Shown here: one piece after another, positions 25,862 through 34,902 of the stretch | How positions within the stretch are numbered: position 1 is the stretch's first letter | How the letters are laid out: the number at the start of each line of letters is the position of its first letter | NCBI GenBank assembly: GCA_963843515.1 | Contig: CAWJKH010000007.1 | Span: forward strand, 196,017 to 260,016 | Direction of reading: 5' to 3' | DNA length: 64,000 nt | From: an uncultured Actinomycetota bacterium | Lineage (GTDB): Bacteria; Actinomycetota; Thermoleophilia; RBG-16-64-13 | Program-made: the position numbers and the translations under genes | The notes under the pieces: model-generated | Database searches by the model: none | What the model saw: the letters and a program-made list of their open reading frames with translations, nothing else | What the model was told of the DNA's origin: nothing

Positions 25862-27031
25862 TCAGACACTCTCCTCTCGTTTGCCCGCCCCGACGCCCGG
25901 CACACTGATCACCGTGGGACAGCCGAAGTCGGTATCGATAACATCCGGCTGGGCGGACAGACTCCCTCCCGCCCCCTCGCCGGCCACCGGCGCCTCTGCA
26001 CGCGCCGGCCAGTACTTCCGCTGGAAGAACAGGGCCACGTTGACCAACCCGATGAGCACGGGCACCTCCACCAGCGGCCCGATGACCGTGGCGAACGCCT
26101 GGTCCGAGTTCAGCCCGAAGACAGCGATGGCCACGGCGATCGCCAGCTCGAAGTTGTTCGAGGCCGCCGTGAACGACAGCGTCGCGCTCTTGGAGTAGTC
26201 GGCCCCCACCCGCCTGCCCATCCAGAAGCTGACGAAGAACATCACCAGGAAGTAGATCAGCAGCGGAATCGCGATCCGGACAACGTCCAGCGGCAGTCCG
26301 ACAATGTACTCGCCTTTGAGCGAGAACATCACCAGGATGGTGAACAGCAAGGCGATCAACGTGATGGGGCTGATGCGGGGGATGAACTCCGCGTGGTACC
26401 ACTCCTTGCTCTTGAAGCGTAGCAGCGTGAAGCGCGTAATCACTCCCGCGGCGAACGGGATGCCCAGGTAGATGGCCACGCTCTTGGCTATCTGGCTCAT
26501 GCTCACGTCCACCGTGGCCTGCTCGAGGCCCAGCCAGCCGGGCAGCACGGTCAGGAACACGTATGCGTACACCGAGTAGAAGAGCACCTGGAACACCGAG
26601 TTCAGCGCCACCAGGCCGGCCGCGTACTCGGTGTCGCCTTTCGCCAACTCGTTCCAGACGATCACCATAGCGATACAGCGGGCCAGTCCCATGAGGATGA
26701 CCCCCTGCATGTAGCCGGGCATGTCGAACAGCAGGAGCACCGCGAGGACGAACATGACGATCGGGCCTATCACCCAGTTCTGCAGGAGAGAGAGTCCCAG
26801 CACCTTCCAGTTGCGGAATACCTCTCCCAGTTCCTCGTAGCGCACCTTGGCCAGAGGCGGATACATCATCACGATAAGGCCGATGGCGATAGGGATGGAA
26901 GTGGTCCCAACCGAGGCGCTTTGGATGGCCGTGCCTATCTGGGGCCACACGTACCCGGCTGCCACGCCGATGGCCATAGCCAGGAAGATCCACAGCGTCA
27001 GATAACGATCCAGGAAGGACAACCGTTTCAT
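25862..27031 (-). CDS. acr3: ACR3-family arsenite efflux transporter
   Basis: [33 protein letters not shown] and a 10-TM profile. Stop is 1 nt from the arsM start. Confidence 0.9.
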   Translation of the reverse strand: MKRLSFLDRYLTLWIFLAMAIGVAAGYVWPQIGTAIQSASVGTTSIPIAIGLIVMMYPPLAKVRYEELGEVFRNWKVLGLSLLQNWVIGPIVMFVLAVLLLFDMPGYMQGVILMGLARCIAMVIVWNELAKGDTEYAAGLVALNSVFQVLFYSVYAYVFLTVLPGWLGLEQATVDVSMSQIAKSVAIYLGIPFAAGVITRFTLLRFKSKEWYHAEFIPRISPITLIALLFTILVMFSLKGEYIVGLPLDVVRIAIPLLIYFLVMFFVSFWMGRRVGADYSKSATLSFTAASNNFELAIAVAIAVFGLNSDQAFATVIGPLVEVPVLIGLVNVALFFQRKYWPARAEAPVAGEGAGGSLSAQPDVIDTDFGCPTVISVPGVGAGKREESV

Positions 27032-27036
27032 GGCGC

Positions 27037-27052
27037 TATCATAGGTGTGATA
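27037..27052. promoter_or_regulatory. inverted repeat TATCA-N6-TGATA in the acr3/arsR divergent region (candidate ArsR operator)
   Basis: Read directly. Lies 6 bp from the acr3 start codon. Confidence 0.35.
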
Positions 27053-27083
27053 CCGGAAATATGCAAGCATCCGCTTATACGAT

Positions 27084-27089
27084 TATAAT
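27084..27089 (+). promoter_or_regulatory. consensus TATAAT -10 box 9 nt before the arsR ATG (suggests a leaderless or near-leaderless arsR mRNA)
   Basis: TATAAT at 27084-27089 and ATG at 27099, with no SD between them. Confidence 0.35.
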
Positions 27090-27098
27090 GGAGCGGCT

Positions 27099-27440
27099 AT
27101 GACCCTTTCCATGCGCACCCTGGCCGCCGCGCACAAAGCCCTTGCCGACGAAACCCGGCTGCAGATGGTAGCCCTGCTGCTCGACCACCCGGAGTTGTGC
27201 GTGTGCCATTTCGAGCGAACGCTTGGCATCAGCCAGTCAAAGGCGTCGCGGCATCTACGCTACCTGCTGAATGCGGGCCTGCTGAAAGACCGCCGCGAAG
27301 GCGTGTGGATGCACTACCGCCTCGCCGACGACATGGGACCCGACCTCCGCCTGCTGGTGGAATCGGTCGGCCGGGCCCTCGACCCCAAGGTGGTCGCCGA
27401 TCTGCGGGCACAGTTGGACGTCTCCATCTGCGCCGGCTAG
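27099..27440 (+). CDS. arsR: ArsR/SmtB-family metalloregulator
   Basis: ELCVCHF metal site and wHTH (ISQSKASRHLRYLLNAGLL). Divergent from acr3-arsM. Confidence 0.9.
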   Translation: MTLSMRTLAAAHKALADETRLQMVALLLDHPELCVCHFERTLGISQSKASRHLRYLLNAGLLKDRREGVWMHYRLADDMGPDLRLLVESVGRALDPKVVADLRAQLDVSICAG

Positions 27441-27518
27441 CTAGCCCCCCGGTCGGTCGATCGGCCGGCTGCTTTATCGGCACCATTGCCGCACGGCAGG
27501 CGCGGCACCGATGCTAAG

Positions 27519-28010
27519 ATGGGCGCCATGACCGACGACGAGCGCGACATTCCACAGGACGGCGGGGCCGCGGACGAAGCCGCGGACGAAGCCGCCGAGA
27601 ACCCGCTCCACAGAAAGCTGGGCATCCGGCCGGGGTCGGCGGGCGCCATCGTGGCCGCCCCCGAGGAGGACGGGCTACTCTCCCCTCTTCCCGACTCGTT
27701 CGTGAACCTGGCGGCCATCGCCGATCTGGCGGCCCAGGAAGGCACGTTCGACTACCTGCATTTCTTCGCCCGCAGCCGGGGCGACCTGGTCAAGGACTTC
27801 CACGTGCTCCGGGACAAGCTCGCCCCGGGCGGGAGTCTGTGGATCTCCTGGATAAAGCAGTCCTCCGCGCGCCGGGGCGGCGGACTCCCGGGCGACCTGA
27901 ACGAGAACACCATACGTCGGCTGGCGCTGGCCAGCGGACTGGTGGATGTGAAGGTGGCGTCACTCGACTCCGAGTGGTCCGCCCTCAAGCTGGTGTGGCG
28001 CCGGCACTAG
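27519..28010 (+). CDS. DUF3052-family protein
   Basis: KLGIRPG..., LWISW.K..., GLVDVKV..., WSALKLVWRR pattern recalled for DUF3052. Acidic N-terminus. Confidence 0.65.
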   Translation: MGAMTDDERDIPQDGGAADEAADEAAENPLHRKLGIRPGSAGAIVAAPEEDGLLSPLPDSFVNLAAIADLAAQEGTFDYLHFFARSRGDLVKDFHVLRDKLAPGGSLWISWIKQSSARRGGGLPGDLNENTIRRLALASGLVDVKVASLDSEWSALKLVWRRH

Positions 28011-28021
28011 GTTCGACCGCG

Positions 28022-29032
28022 TTATTCTTCGGTGCTCACGAACCCCGGGGTGGCACCGGCGAGGCGCAGGTTGTCGCCGATCAGCCGCACCAGCCCCCGC
28101 TCGGTGCCGGCCCGAATGGAAACGTAGCACTGGTCGCAGCTCTCCCGGGTGGGCTTGAAGCCCCGGACCGCTTTCTTCCGGGACGTGTACTGCAGATCCG
28201 GATACATCGAGCAGGCGTTGATCAGCCCGTCGGGCCGGACCACCATGAAGCGGCGTCCCGCCTGGCAGCCCTTCATGCCCCCCTCGGCGAAGAAGCGGTA
28301 AGTTTGCTCGAGGATCCAATCGGAGTTGAGCACCGTCGACGAACCCTTTCTGTGCTCCTCGAGGTAGTCGACATGCCGGCGCAGGAGGGCGATATCCTCC
28401 GTTTTGGTGATACAGAGGCTCATGTCTCTCGTGCGGAGTGGGCTGTAGGCACTGAACGAGATCTGCGTGCCCCACTCCTCGGCCTGGGCCACCAGCCCCG
28501 GGATCTCGGTGAAGTTCTCGTGGGTGAGCGCCGAGTTCAGGACAATGTTCCCTCGCCCATACTTCTTGATGAGGAACGGGATGATGTCGCTCATCTTGGC
28601 GTAGAGTCCGGGGACGCGGCGGAAATCGTCGTGCCGCTCGTCGGGGAAGTCGAGGGAGATGGAGAAGAGAGACACCCCTGCATTGTTCAGCGCCAGATAG
28701 CGTTCCTCGGTCATGAGCCACCAGTTGCTCACCAGCACGACCATGGGCAGCCCGCTGGGCCGTTTGACAGCGCGCACGATGTCCTCGAGATCCCCACGCA
28801 GGAGAGGCTCGCCGCCGGAGAGCTGGCAGACGCCGGGCTTGATCATCTTCGAGTAGCGGGTGTAGTCCGCCGAGGTCATGAGCGTGGCCTCGGACTTGAT
28901 GCCACCCTTGTCGCAATGCACGCAGTCCGCGCAGCACGAGTGGGTGACCTCGAAGGATAGGCAGACCGGCCATCCTATAGCCCTGTTCCAGAGCGACCTT
29001 ACGCCTATGAGGATCGACTCGCTGGTCTTCAT
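28022..29032 (-). CDS. radical SAM enzyme
   Basis: CCADCVHC (CxxxCxxC), GGEPLL and a C-terminal Cys pair (CDQC). ATG 29032 is in frame in ORF 28022-29551. Confidence 0.8.
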   Translation of the reverse strand: MKTSESILIGVRSLWNRAIGWPVCLSFEVTHSCCADCVHCDKGGIKSEATLMTSADYTRYSKMIKPGVCQLSGGEPLLRGDLEDIVRAVKRPSGLPMVVLVSNWWLMTEERYLALNNAGVSLFSISLDFPDERHDDFRRVPGLYAKMSDIIPFLIKKYGRGNIVLNSALTHENFTEIPGLVAQAEEWGTQISFSAYSPLRTRDMSLCITKTEDIALLRRHVDYLEEHRKGSSTVLNSDWILEQTYRFFAEGGMKGCQAGRRFMVVRPDGLINACSMYPDLQYTSRKKAVRGFKPTRESCDQCYVSIRAGTERGLVRLIGDNLRLAGATPGFVSTEE

Positions 29033-29204
29033 CCCTGAAGTGCTTCCATTCGACGAGGCCCGCGGGCCGATGATTTGCTGCCGGACACTGTACCGCACCG
29101 GTCCCGGGCCGCCTAGGGTCAACAGCGGCGCCCGGAAGCGCGGCCCGCCGATGCGATGATACGATTCCGGTGACCGACGACAAACCGGTAGGTGGTGCCA
29201 CCGC

Positions 29205-30350
29205 GTGCTCGACCGTATAGTCGACCTGCTCCACGCCCTGGGGATCGCAGCCCCGGGACGCTGGGGATGGGTCACCGTCATCCTCACGTTCGTGATCGCG
29301 ACCGTCGCAGCCTGGCACTTCATGCCACGGCTCAGAGGCTTCGCCCTCGAAGTCGGCTGGGCCGACGCGCCCAATCCCAGGCGGCTCAACAAGGAGCCGC
29401 TCCCTAACGCCGGCGGGCTGGCCATATTCGCTTCGGTGATGGTCGCCCTGGTCATCGCCACCTTGCTCCGCCCCATCTTCGTTGAGCAGGTCCAGGTGGG
29501 TGTCCTCGTCATCATGCTGGGCGGCTCGTTCATGATCATGGCCGGGTTCATCGATGACCAGTTCGGCCTGCCCCCCGTCTTCCGCCTGCTGGTTCAGCTG
29601 GTCGCCGCTCTGCTCCTGTGCAGCGCCGGGATTCGGATCAATGTCGTGTTCGGGGGCGAGGTGGCCGGGGCGCTCTCGGTGCTGTTCACCGTCATCTGGG
29701 TGATAGCCATCACCAACGCCATCAACCTCATCGACGGAGTCGACGGCCTCGCCGGAGGAGTGAGCTTCATCACCGCGATGAGCCTGCTGGCCGTGTCGGC
29801 CCAGGATCAGAGCAAGGCCGCCGCCACCCTCGTCCTAGCGGCCGTCGGCGGAGCGGCGCTCGGCTTCCTGCGTCACAACTTCCCACCCTCGCGGATGATC
29901 ATGGGAGACAGCGGCGCCTACTTCTTCGGCTTCGTGCTGGCCGCCACCAGTATTCTGGGGGGGCTGAAGGTGACCACAGTGTTCGCGCTGTTTCCCACCG
30001 TCCTTTTCCTTTTCCTGCCCCTGCTCGACACGATCCTCGTGATCCTCCGGCGCCTGCGCAAGCGCAAGAACCCGCTATCCACCCCGGGTACCGACCACAT
30101 CCATCACCGGCTTCTCGCCCGCGGGTACTCGCCCACCCGCACGATCGTCATCATGCTCGGGGTGACATTGGCGGCGAACATCGTGGCCATGGCCGTGCAG
30201 GGGCTGTCGGCGCTGGTCATCGTCGTGACGAGCGTGGCCATCGTGATCCTGCTCGCTCTCGTGGCCTGGCGGCACCGCCGAGCCTTCCGCCGCGCCATGG
30301 CGAGGCAGGCGGCCTCCGGGAAACCGGACGAGGTCTCCCCGCCGTCCTAG
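29205..30350 (+). CDS. polyprenyl-phosphate N-acetylhexosamine-1-phosphate transferase (MraY/WecA family, GT4)
   Basis: FIDDQFGL, NAINLIDGVDGLAGG, MGDSGAYFFGF and ~10 TM helices. GTG start. Confidence 0.85.
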   Translation: MLDRIVDLLHALGIAAPGRWGWVTVILTFVIATVAAWHFMPRLRGFALEVGWADAPNPRRLNKEPLPNAGGLAIFASVMVALVIATLLRPIFVEQVQVGVLVIMLGGSFMIMAGFIDDQFGLPPVFRLLVQLVAALLLCSAGIRINVVFGGEVAGALSVLFTVIWVIAITNAINLIDGVDGLAGGVSFITAMSLLAVSAQDQSKAAATLVLAAVGGAALGFLRHNFPPSRMIMGDSGAYFFGFVLAATSILGGLKVTTVFALFPTVLFLFLPLLDTILVILRRLRKRKNPLSTPGTDHIHHRLLARGYSPTRTIVIMLGVTLAANIVAMAVQGLSALVIVVTSVAIVILLALVAWRHRRAFRRAMARQAASGKPDEVSPPS

Positions 30351-30355
30351 CGGCA

Positions 30356-30411
30356 TTCGAAAAGACAAACGGGGTGTGCGTCTTTCGAACGCGTGTCGTT
30401 GGGGTGTGCGT
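30356..30411 (+). repeat. hairpin (TTCGAAAAGAC / GTCTTTCGAA) plus direct repeat GGGGTGTGCGT x2 (30-bp period)
   Basis: Stem arms at 30356-30366 and 30380-30389. Direct repeats at 30371-30381 and 30401-30411. Confidence 0.6.
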
Positions 30412-30432
30412 TCTTCAGATCGGAGGGGTGCG

Positions 30433-30876
30433 ATGAACAGAAGCACGGCATTTCAAGCCACCGCGGCGGTCGTCCTGGTTCTGACCCTCGTGGGGATGGC
30501 CCTCGCGCTCACGGCGTGCGGGAGCAGGGAGAGCGCCGGCGGCCCGGTCAAGCTCACCGAAGCTGACAACGGCAAGGCAGTGACCGTCGGCGTGGGCGAC
30601 GAGATCCAGGTGGTGCTGGCCGGTAACCCCACCACCGGCTACTCCTGGTCTTCGGCGATGAGTGACGCCGACAAAGCCATCCTGCAGCAGCAGGGCGAAC
30701 CGGTCTACGTGCAGGAGTCGACCGACCCGTCGCTCGTGGGCGGCGGCGGTACCTTCACCTTCAACTTCAAGGCGACCGCGCACGGACAGGCGACGATCAA
30801 GCTCGACTACGCCCGGCCGTTCGAGACCGGCGTGGCCCCGATCCAGACCTTCTCGGCCCCAGTGGACGTGAAGTAG
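30433..30876 (+). CDS. chagasin-family (I42) peptidase-inhibitor lipoprotein
   Basis: Lipobox LTAC and the GNPTTGYSW signature. GGAGGGG SD before ATG 30433. Confidence 0.75.
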   Translation: MNRSTAFQATAAVVLVLTLVGMALALTACGSRESAGGPVKLTEADNGKAVTVGVGDEIQVVLAGNPTTGYSWSSAMSDADKAILQQQGEPVYVQESTDPSLVGGGGTFTFNFKATAHGQATIKLDYARPFETGVAPIQTFSAPVDVK

Positions 30877-30947
30877 CCCGCTCTCGGCGCCGCCCGGCGT
30901 GAGGGCCGCTCGGTGGCGCCGGGACGGCGCCCCAAGGCCTCGCCGTC

Positions 30948-31766
30948 TCAGCTCGAGACGAACCTCTCAGGATGAGCCATGAAGTCGCGATAGAGGCGGT
31001 AGTGGGTGGTGCGCTCGTAGGAGGTCTCGGTGACGGGTCCGTCATCCAGCAGGAAGACCTGAGCCCCGGGCACCGCCATTATGATGGGTGAGTGGGTCGC
31101 GACGACGAACTGGGCATGGCTCCGCCCGCGGTACTCAGACAAGAGGCGCAGCAGTTCCAGTTGGCTGGCCGGCGACAGGGCCGCCTCCGGCTCGTCCAGG
31201 AAGTACAGCCCCGGTATCTGGTAGCGGCCCCGGAAGTAGGCGAGAAGACCCTCCCCGCGCGACCGTGAGGTCAGCTTCGCCCCACCGTGATACTTGGCCT
31301 GCCCGGGGTCGACCTCGCTGACGTCGTCGATGAACTCCGCCCACTCCCGGAAGCTCTCCGCGCTGAACACGCCGCCCCTCACCGATCCCTGGCCAAGCGT
31401 CACATCGAGATAGTCGGTGAGAGCGCGCGCCGGAGCGCTGCCGGCGCCGGGACCTCCCGCGGCCGCCGACCCGGGCCCCGCCCTGCCCGCCACGCCACCG
31501 GCGATTCCCGCGCCCTGGCGACCGGACGACCAGGGCCGGCTCCTCTTCGGCTGCGCCCAGATATGAAGCCCGCAGCGCCGGGCCATAGCCTCGATCAGGG
31601 TCGACTTGCCCGAGCCGTTCTCCCCCACAAGGAACGTCACGCTCTGCCTGAAGGTCAGCTCCTGCCGGCCCTGCAGGGCCGGCACGTCGAACGGATAGCC
31701 CCCATACGCGGGGAATTCATCTCCCCGGATGCACACGCGCTCGAGCCAGACGCCCGCTCCGCTCAC
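30948..31766 (-). CDS. AAA/ABC-like ATPase (COG3910-type predicted ATPase)
   Basis: Walker A GENGSGKST, LYFLDEPEAALSP (Walker B), VVATHSP. Gly/Ala-rich insertion in the middle. Confidence 0.8.
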   Translation of the reverse strand: MSGAGVWLERVCIRGDEFPAYGGYPFDVPALQGRQELTFRQSVTFLVGENGSGKSTLIEAMARRCGLHIWAQPKRSRPWSSGRQGAGIAGGVAGRAGPGSAAAGGPGAGSAPARALTDYLDVTLGQGSVRGGVFSAESFREWAEFIDDVSEVDPGQAKYHGGAKLTSRSRGEGLLAYFRGRYQIPGLYFLDEPEAALSPASQLELLRLLSEYRGRSHAQFVVATHSPIIMAVPGAQVFLLDDGPVTETSYERTTHYRLYRDFMAHPERFVSS

Positions 31767-32620
31767 TGGGTGGTGAGGCTCAGGCTCCCCAGATCCATCC
31801 TCACCGTGATCGTGAGGAGCTGGCCCTGCTGCTCAGGGCTGGCCGCGGGTGTGTAGTAGGTCTTGCCGTCCGTCTGCCAGCCGCCCTCATAAGTGGTGTT
31901 GGCCAGGTTGCCCTTGATCGTCACTTTCGCCGCGATATTGCCGGGTACGACGATACGGAGGCTGCCCACGCCGGCCTCGACATTGACCGACCCGTCGCTC
32001 CGAAGCGTCCCCGAGAAGTCAAGGGTGAACGAGCCAGCGCCCCCCTTGAAGTCCATCTTTTTGAAGTTGGCGTTGGCGAGCCCGGCGAGCGTCACCGAGG
32101 AGGCGCCCGTCTCGTAGCTCAGCGACTCCATCTGGCTGAGGTTGCCCGACGAGAAGGTCACGTGGCTCTTGGAGGCCCCGTCCTTGATGCTCAGCTTCTG
32201 CAGAGACAGCCCGCCCAACTCGTACGTCCCGTCGTAAGCGCCAGCGCTGACGTTCAGCCGCAGCGGCGGGCCCCCCAGCTTGAGGTCCCAGTCGTTGACC
32301 ACGTCGCCCCCCAGACCCGACAGTCCCTTGGTGCTGCCCTGCTTGATAGTCAGCGCCGATGCGGTGCGCGTCACCGTGGGTTTCCACTGCTCGACGTTGT
32401 AGGTGATCACCCCCGAGGCCAGGCCCTCGGCTCCCGGTGCGAGGATGAGCTTGCCTGCGCCCATATTCAGGTTCACGTCGGTGACCGCGGAGCTACCCAG
32501 CGGCTCGTCGATCGTCAATTCCTGGGTGGGCCCCGCGGAGATGCCGCAACCAGCGGCGAACAGCGTCGCAACGGCGGCGGCCACCAGCGCAGTCATCACG
32601 ATCGTCTTGTTCCAGTTCAT
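31763..32620 (-). CDS. lipoprotein with beta-rich 'toast-rack'/DUF4097-like repeats
   Basis: Lipobox FAAGC and repetitive G/S/T-rich beta strands. AAGGAG lies 9 nt before ATG 32620. The 4-nt overlap with the ATPase start suggests an operon. Confidence 0.6.
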   Translation of the reverse strand: MNWNKTIVMTALVAAAVATLFAAGCGISAGPTQELTIDEPLGSSAVTDVNLNMGAGKLILAPGAEGLASGVITYNVEQWKPTVTRTASALTIKQGSTKGLSGLGGDVVNDWDLKLGGPPLRLNVSAGAYDGTYELGGLSLQKLSIKDGASKSHVTFSSGNLSQMESLSYETGASSVTLAGLANANFKKMDFKGGAGSFTLDFSGTLRSDGSVNVEAGVGSLRIVVPGNIAAKVTIKGNLANTTYEGGWQTDGKTYYTPAASPEQQGQLLTITVRMDLGSLSLTTQ

Positions 32621-32686
32621 GGGCCCCATCTCCTTGTGCGCGTGGATCCCACGGGCTGGTCCGCCCGCCCGTCTACCCCCCTAGTA

Positions 32687-33718
32687 TCACAAATCCGTGA
32701 GCAGAGGGCCGAGCCGTGCGCTGACAACGAGGGCCAGGACGCACAAAGCCACCGCGAACACCACGGCGGCGACCCGCGCCGCCGGACGCGCCGGAGCCCG
32801 AGGCGGGCCAGTACTCTCCCCGGACCGGCTCCGGACCCGCTGCCAGACCCTACAAGGCTGCTGAAAAGCGAAGCCCCGGCCACCGGAACGCACTGGGCGG
32901 TGCGATAGCACGTCCTCAGTCGCGCAAATAGCGCTGCTATTTGCGCTCCCTGCGTCCTTCTCTCGAACATGCCCATCGCATCCCGGCGACGAAGCGTCAC
33001 TCTTCAGCAGCCTACTAGTGACCACGGCTGCCAGCAGAGCCAGGACCCAGGCCCCGCCCAGGCTCCATCCGGCAAGCACGTCCGACAGCCAGTGGACCCC
33101 CAGATAGACGCGGGACACTCCTATGAGTCCCGCGATCACCGTGGCCACGCCGAGGGCCGCCCAAGCCAAGGCGCGCGGAAACGGCCCTCCTGCCCGCGCC
33201 CGCCGCCACCGGAACGCCAGGAACACCAGCAGCCCCAAGAACACCAGCGTGGTAAGAGCGTGGCTCGAAGGAAGGCTGCCCGAAGACGGCGTGGCGATGA
33301 GGGCGTCACTCTCCGGCGGGCGGGGACGGCCGACCACGGCCTTCGCCAGCTCGGAGATGCCCCAGGCGATCAGTAGGCCGCCGGCCACCAGCGCGGCCCG
33401 TCCCCGCCTGCCCCATACCACCAGGAGCAAGGCCACAGAGAAGGCAAAGGCTGCCATAGCCAGCGTGTTGCCCAGGAGAGTCAAGGCGTAGAACAGGTGG
33501 GTAAGGCCCGGGGTCCGCCAGGCGATGAAGGCATCGGTCACTCTGCGGTCCCACGCGGATAACGCTGAATCGGGGCCGGAGGCCACAGCCAAGACCACGA
33601 AGACCGCCAGAAGCGCCGCGGCTGCCAAGATCGGGCCCGCGACCTCGAGCCAACCGGCCCGGCCGGGCGGGGCCGGTTGGCCGGGTGGCGGCGGCGTGGT
33701 CGAGGGGTCGGGACTCAC
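32687..33718 (-). CDS. PAP2-family phosphatase (membrane); the 3' end reads through a repeat element
   Basis: KAVVGRPRP, PSSH, SRVYLGVHWLSD (PAP2 motifs C1-C3). Beyond codon ~235 the ORF runs through the 157-bp element, so the true stop is uncertain. Confidence 0.75.
   Translation of the reverse strand: MSPDPSTTPPPPGQPAPPGRAGWLEVAGPILAAAALLAVFVVLAVASGPDSALSAWDRRVTDAFIAWRTPGLTHLFYALTLLGNTLAMAAFAFSVALLLVVWGRRGRAALVAGGLLIAWGISELAKAVVGRPRPPESDALIATPSSGSLPSSHALTTLVFLGLLVFLAFRWRRARAGGPFPRALAWAALGVATVIAGLIGVSRVYLGVHWLSDVLAGWSLGGAWVLALLAAVVTSRLLKSDASSPGCDGHVREKDAGSANSSAICATEDVLSHRPVRSGGRGFAFQQPCRVWQRVRSRSGESTGPPRAPARPAARVAAVVFAVALCVLALVVSARLGPLLTDL
32856..33012 (-). repeat. 157-bp imperfect-palindromic repeat element, copy A (MITE/REP-like)
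   Basis: Reverse complement aligns without gaps to 40714-40870 (128/157 identical by hand count). Termini are GGCTGCTGAAGAG...CTTTTCAGCAGCC. Central 11-bp stem at 32922-32946. Confidence 0.85.
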
Positions 33719-34377
33719 CGGGCCGGCACCACCGCGTGGCGCAGCACTGTCTTCAGGTTCTCGGGCTTGGCGGCCCGCGGGTCGCCCAGGTAGATCTCGT
33801 GGTGGCGGCCCTGGAAGCGGTAGCCGCGCTGGGCGGCAAACTCAGTCATGCGCAGGAGGGTGGCGGGCTCTTCGGAGTAGGGACCGACGTGCATCACCTG
33901 CACACACAGCCCCTCCTCGAAGCGCTCGAGCCGAAGGCCATCGAGTGGATGCGCGTCCTTGCCTCCCTTCGCGTATTTCTTCCGCAGTTGCTCGATCGCG
34001 TCGCCGAACATGTCGGCGGTGATGTGATCGGGCTGCATTATCATCAGCGTCCATTGCCACTGGTCGGAGATGGCGTAGTCGGCGCCTCCCTCCGGGGTGG
34101 TCCACAGGCCTTCGAGAGCCATCACCCCGTAATCGATGGGGTCGTGCTCCCGCTTCTTGGACATGAACTTGAGGGTGTAGGACGCGCCGTAGAGGGCACC
34201 GATGGCCGCGGCAAAGCTGGGCGAGTCGCCGGGCATGAGTCCCGGCTCCACCTGCCCGTCGATCATGACGAACTGCATCTCCGGCACCTGAACCAGGACG
34301 CACTCCTTGGCCGATGGCAGGTACAGATGTTTGAGCTGCTTCTTCAGGTCCAGTTTCACCGGAGCGTCGCCGGCCAT
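33715..34377 (-). CDS. GyrI-like small-molecule-binding domain protein
   Basis: VQVPEMQFVMIDG, LEGLWT and CVQVMHVGPY pattern. ATG 34377 is in frame. GTGA overlap with the PAP2 start. Confidence 0.75.
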   Translation of the reverse strand: MAGDAPVKLDLKKQLKHLYLPSAKECVLVQVPEMQFVMIDGQVEPGLMPGDSPSFAAAIGALYGASYTLKFMSKKREHDPIDYGVMALEGLWTTPEGGADYAISDQWQWTLMIMQPDHITADMFGDAIEQLRKKYAKGGKDAHPLDGLRLERFEEGLCVQVMHVGPYSEEPATLLRMTEFAAQRGYRFQGRHHEIYLGDPRAAKPENLKTVLRHAVVPAR

Positions 34378-34596
34378 GAGCCACCTCCCCAGATCTGCCT
34401 CCCCGAAAACGGCCTCCACGTACCATGATACTTGCGCGTCTGCTTCGGGCGGAACCCCGTCCCGGCCAACCGACGGGCCTGACTCCCCCCTGCGGCAGGA
34501 CTTCGCGCTACCATGGCCAAAGAGAGAAGAACGTCCGACCGCTGCCCGTGGGCTGCCTGTCGCCCCCAGGCGGACTCGATGAACCAAGGAGGAGCC

Positions 34597-34899
34597 ATGA
34601 AAGAAGTCCCCGGGCTCTACGCCGACTTCCGCGCCCGATTCCCCGAGATCCTGGAAAAGAACGAAGAACTGGGCCGCATGGTCCACGATCAGGGCCCGCT
34701 CGACGAGAAGACCCGGGCCCTGGTCAAGATCGGCATCGCCGCGGCCAGCCTTCACCTGACCTCGGTCACCACCCAGGTCGCCCGGGCCCGCGAGGCCGGG
34801 GCCACCGAGGACGAGATCATGCATGCCATGCTGCTGGTCATACCCACCTGCGGCTTCCCCACCTTCATGCAGGCTTACCGCGAGTACAAGGGCGAGTGA
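34597..34899 (+). CDS. carboxymuconolactone decarboxylase (AhpD-like) family protein
   Basis: LDEKTRALVKIGIAAA...ATEDEIMHAMLLVIPTCGFP. AAGGAGGA lies 3 nt before ATG 34597. Confidence 0.8.
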   Translation: MKEVPGLYADFRARFPEILEKNEELGRMVHDQGPLDEKTRALVKIGIAAASLHLTSVTTQVARAREAGATEDEIMHAMLLVIPTCGFPTFMQAYREYKGE

Positions 34900-34902
34900 G
34901 CT

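Noticed and set aside
33715-34824. 369-codon version of the GyrI-like gene, and likewise other over-long ORF-track starts (24167-25249, 28022-29551, 52720-53619).
   Set aside because: The upstream extensions are low-complexity and lack homology. Internal ATG/GTG codons with SD sequences coincide with the beginning of family similarity.
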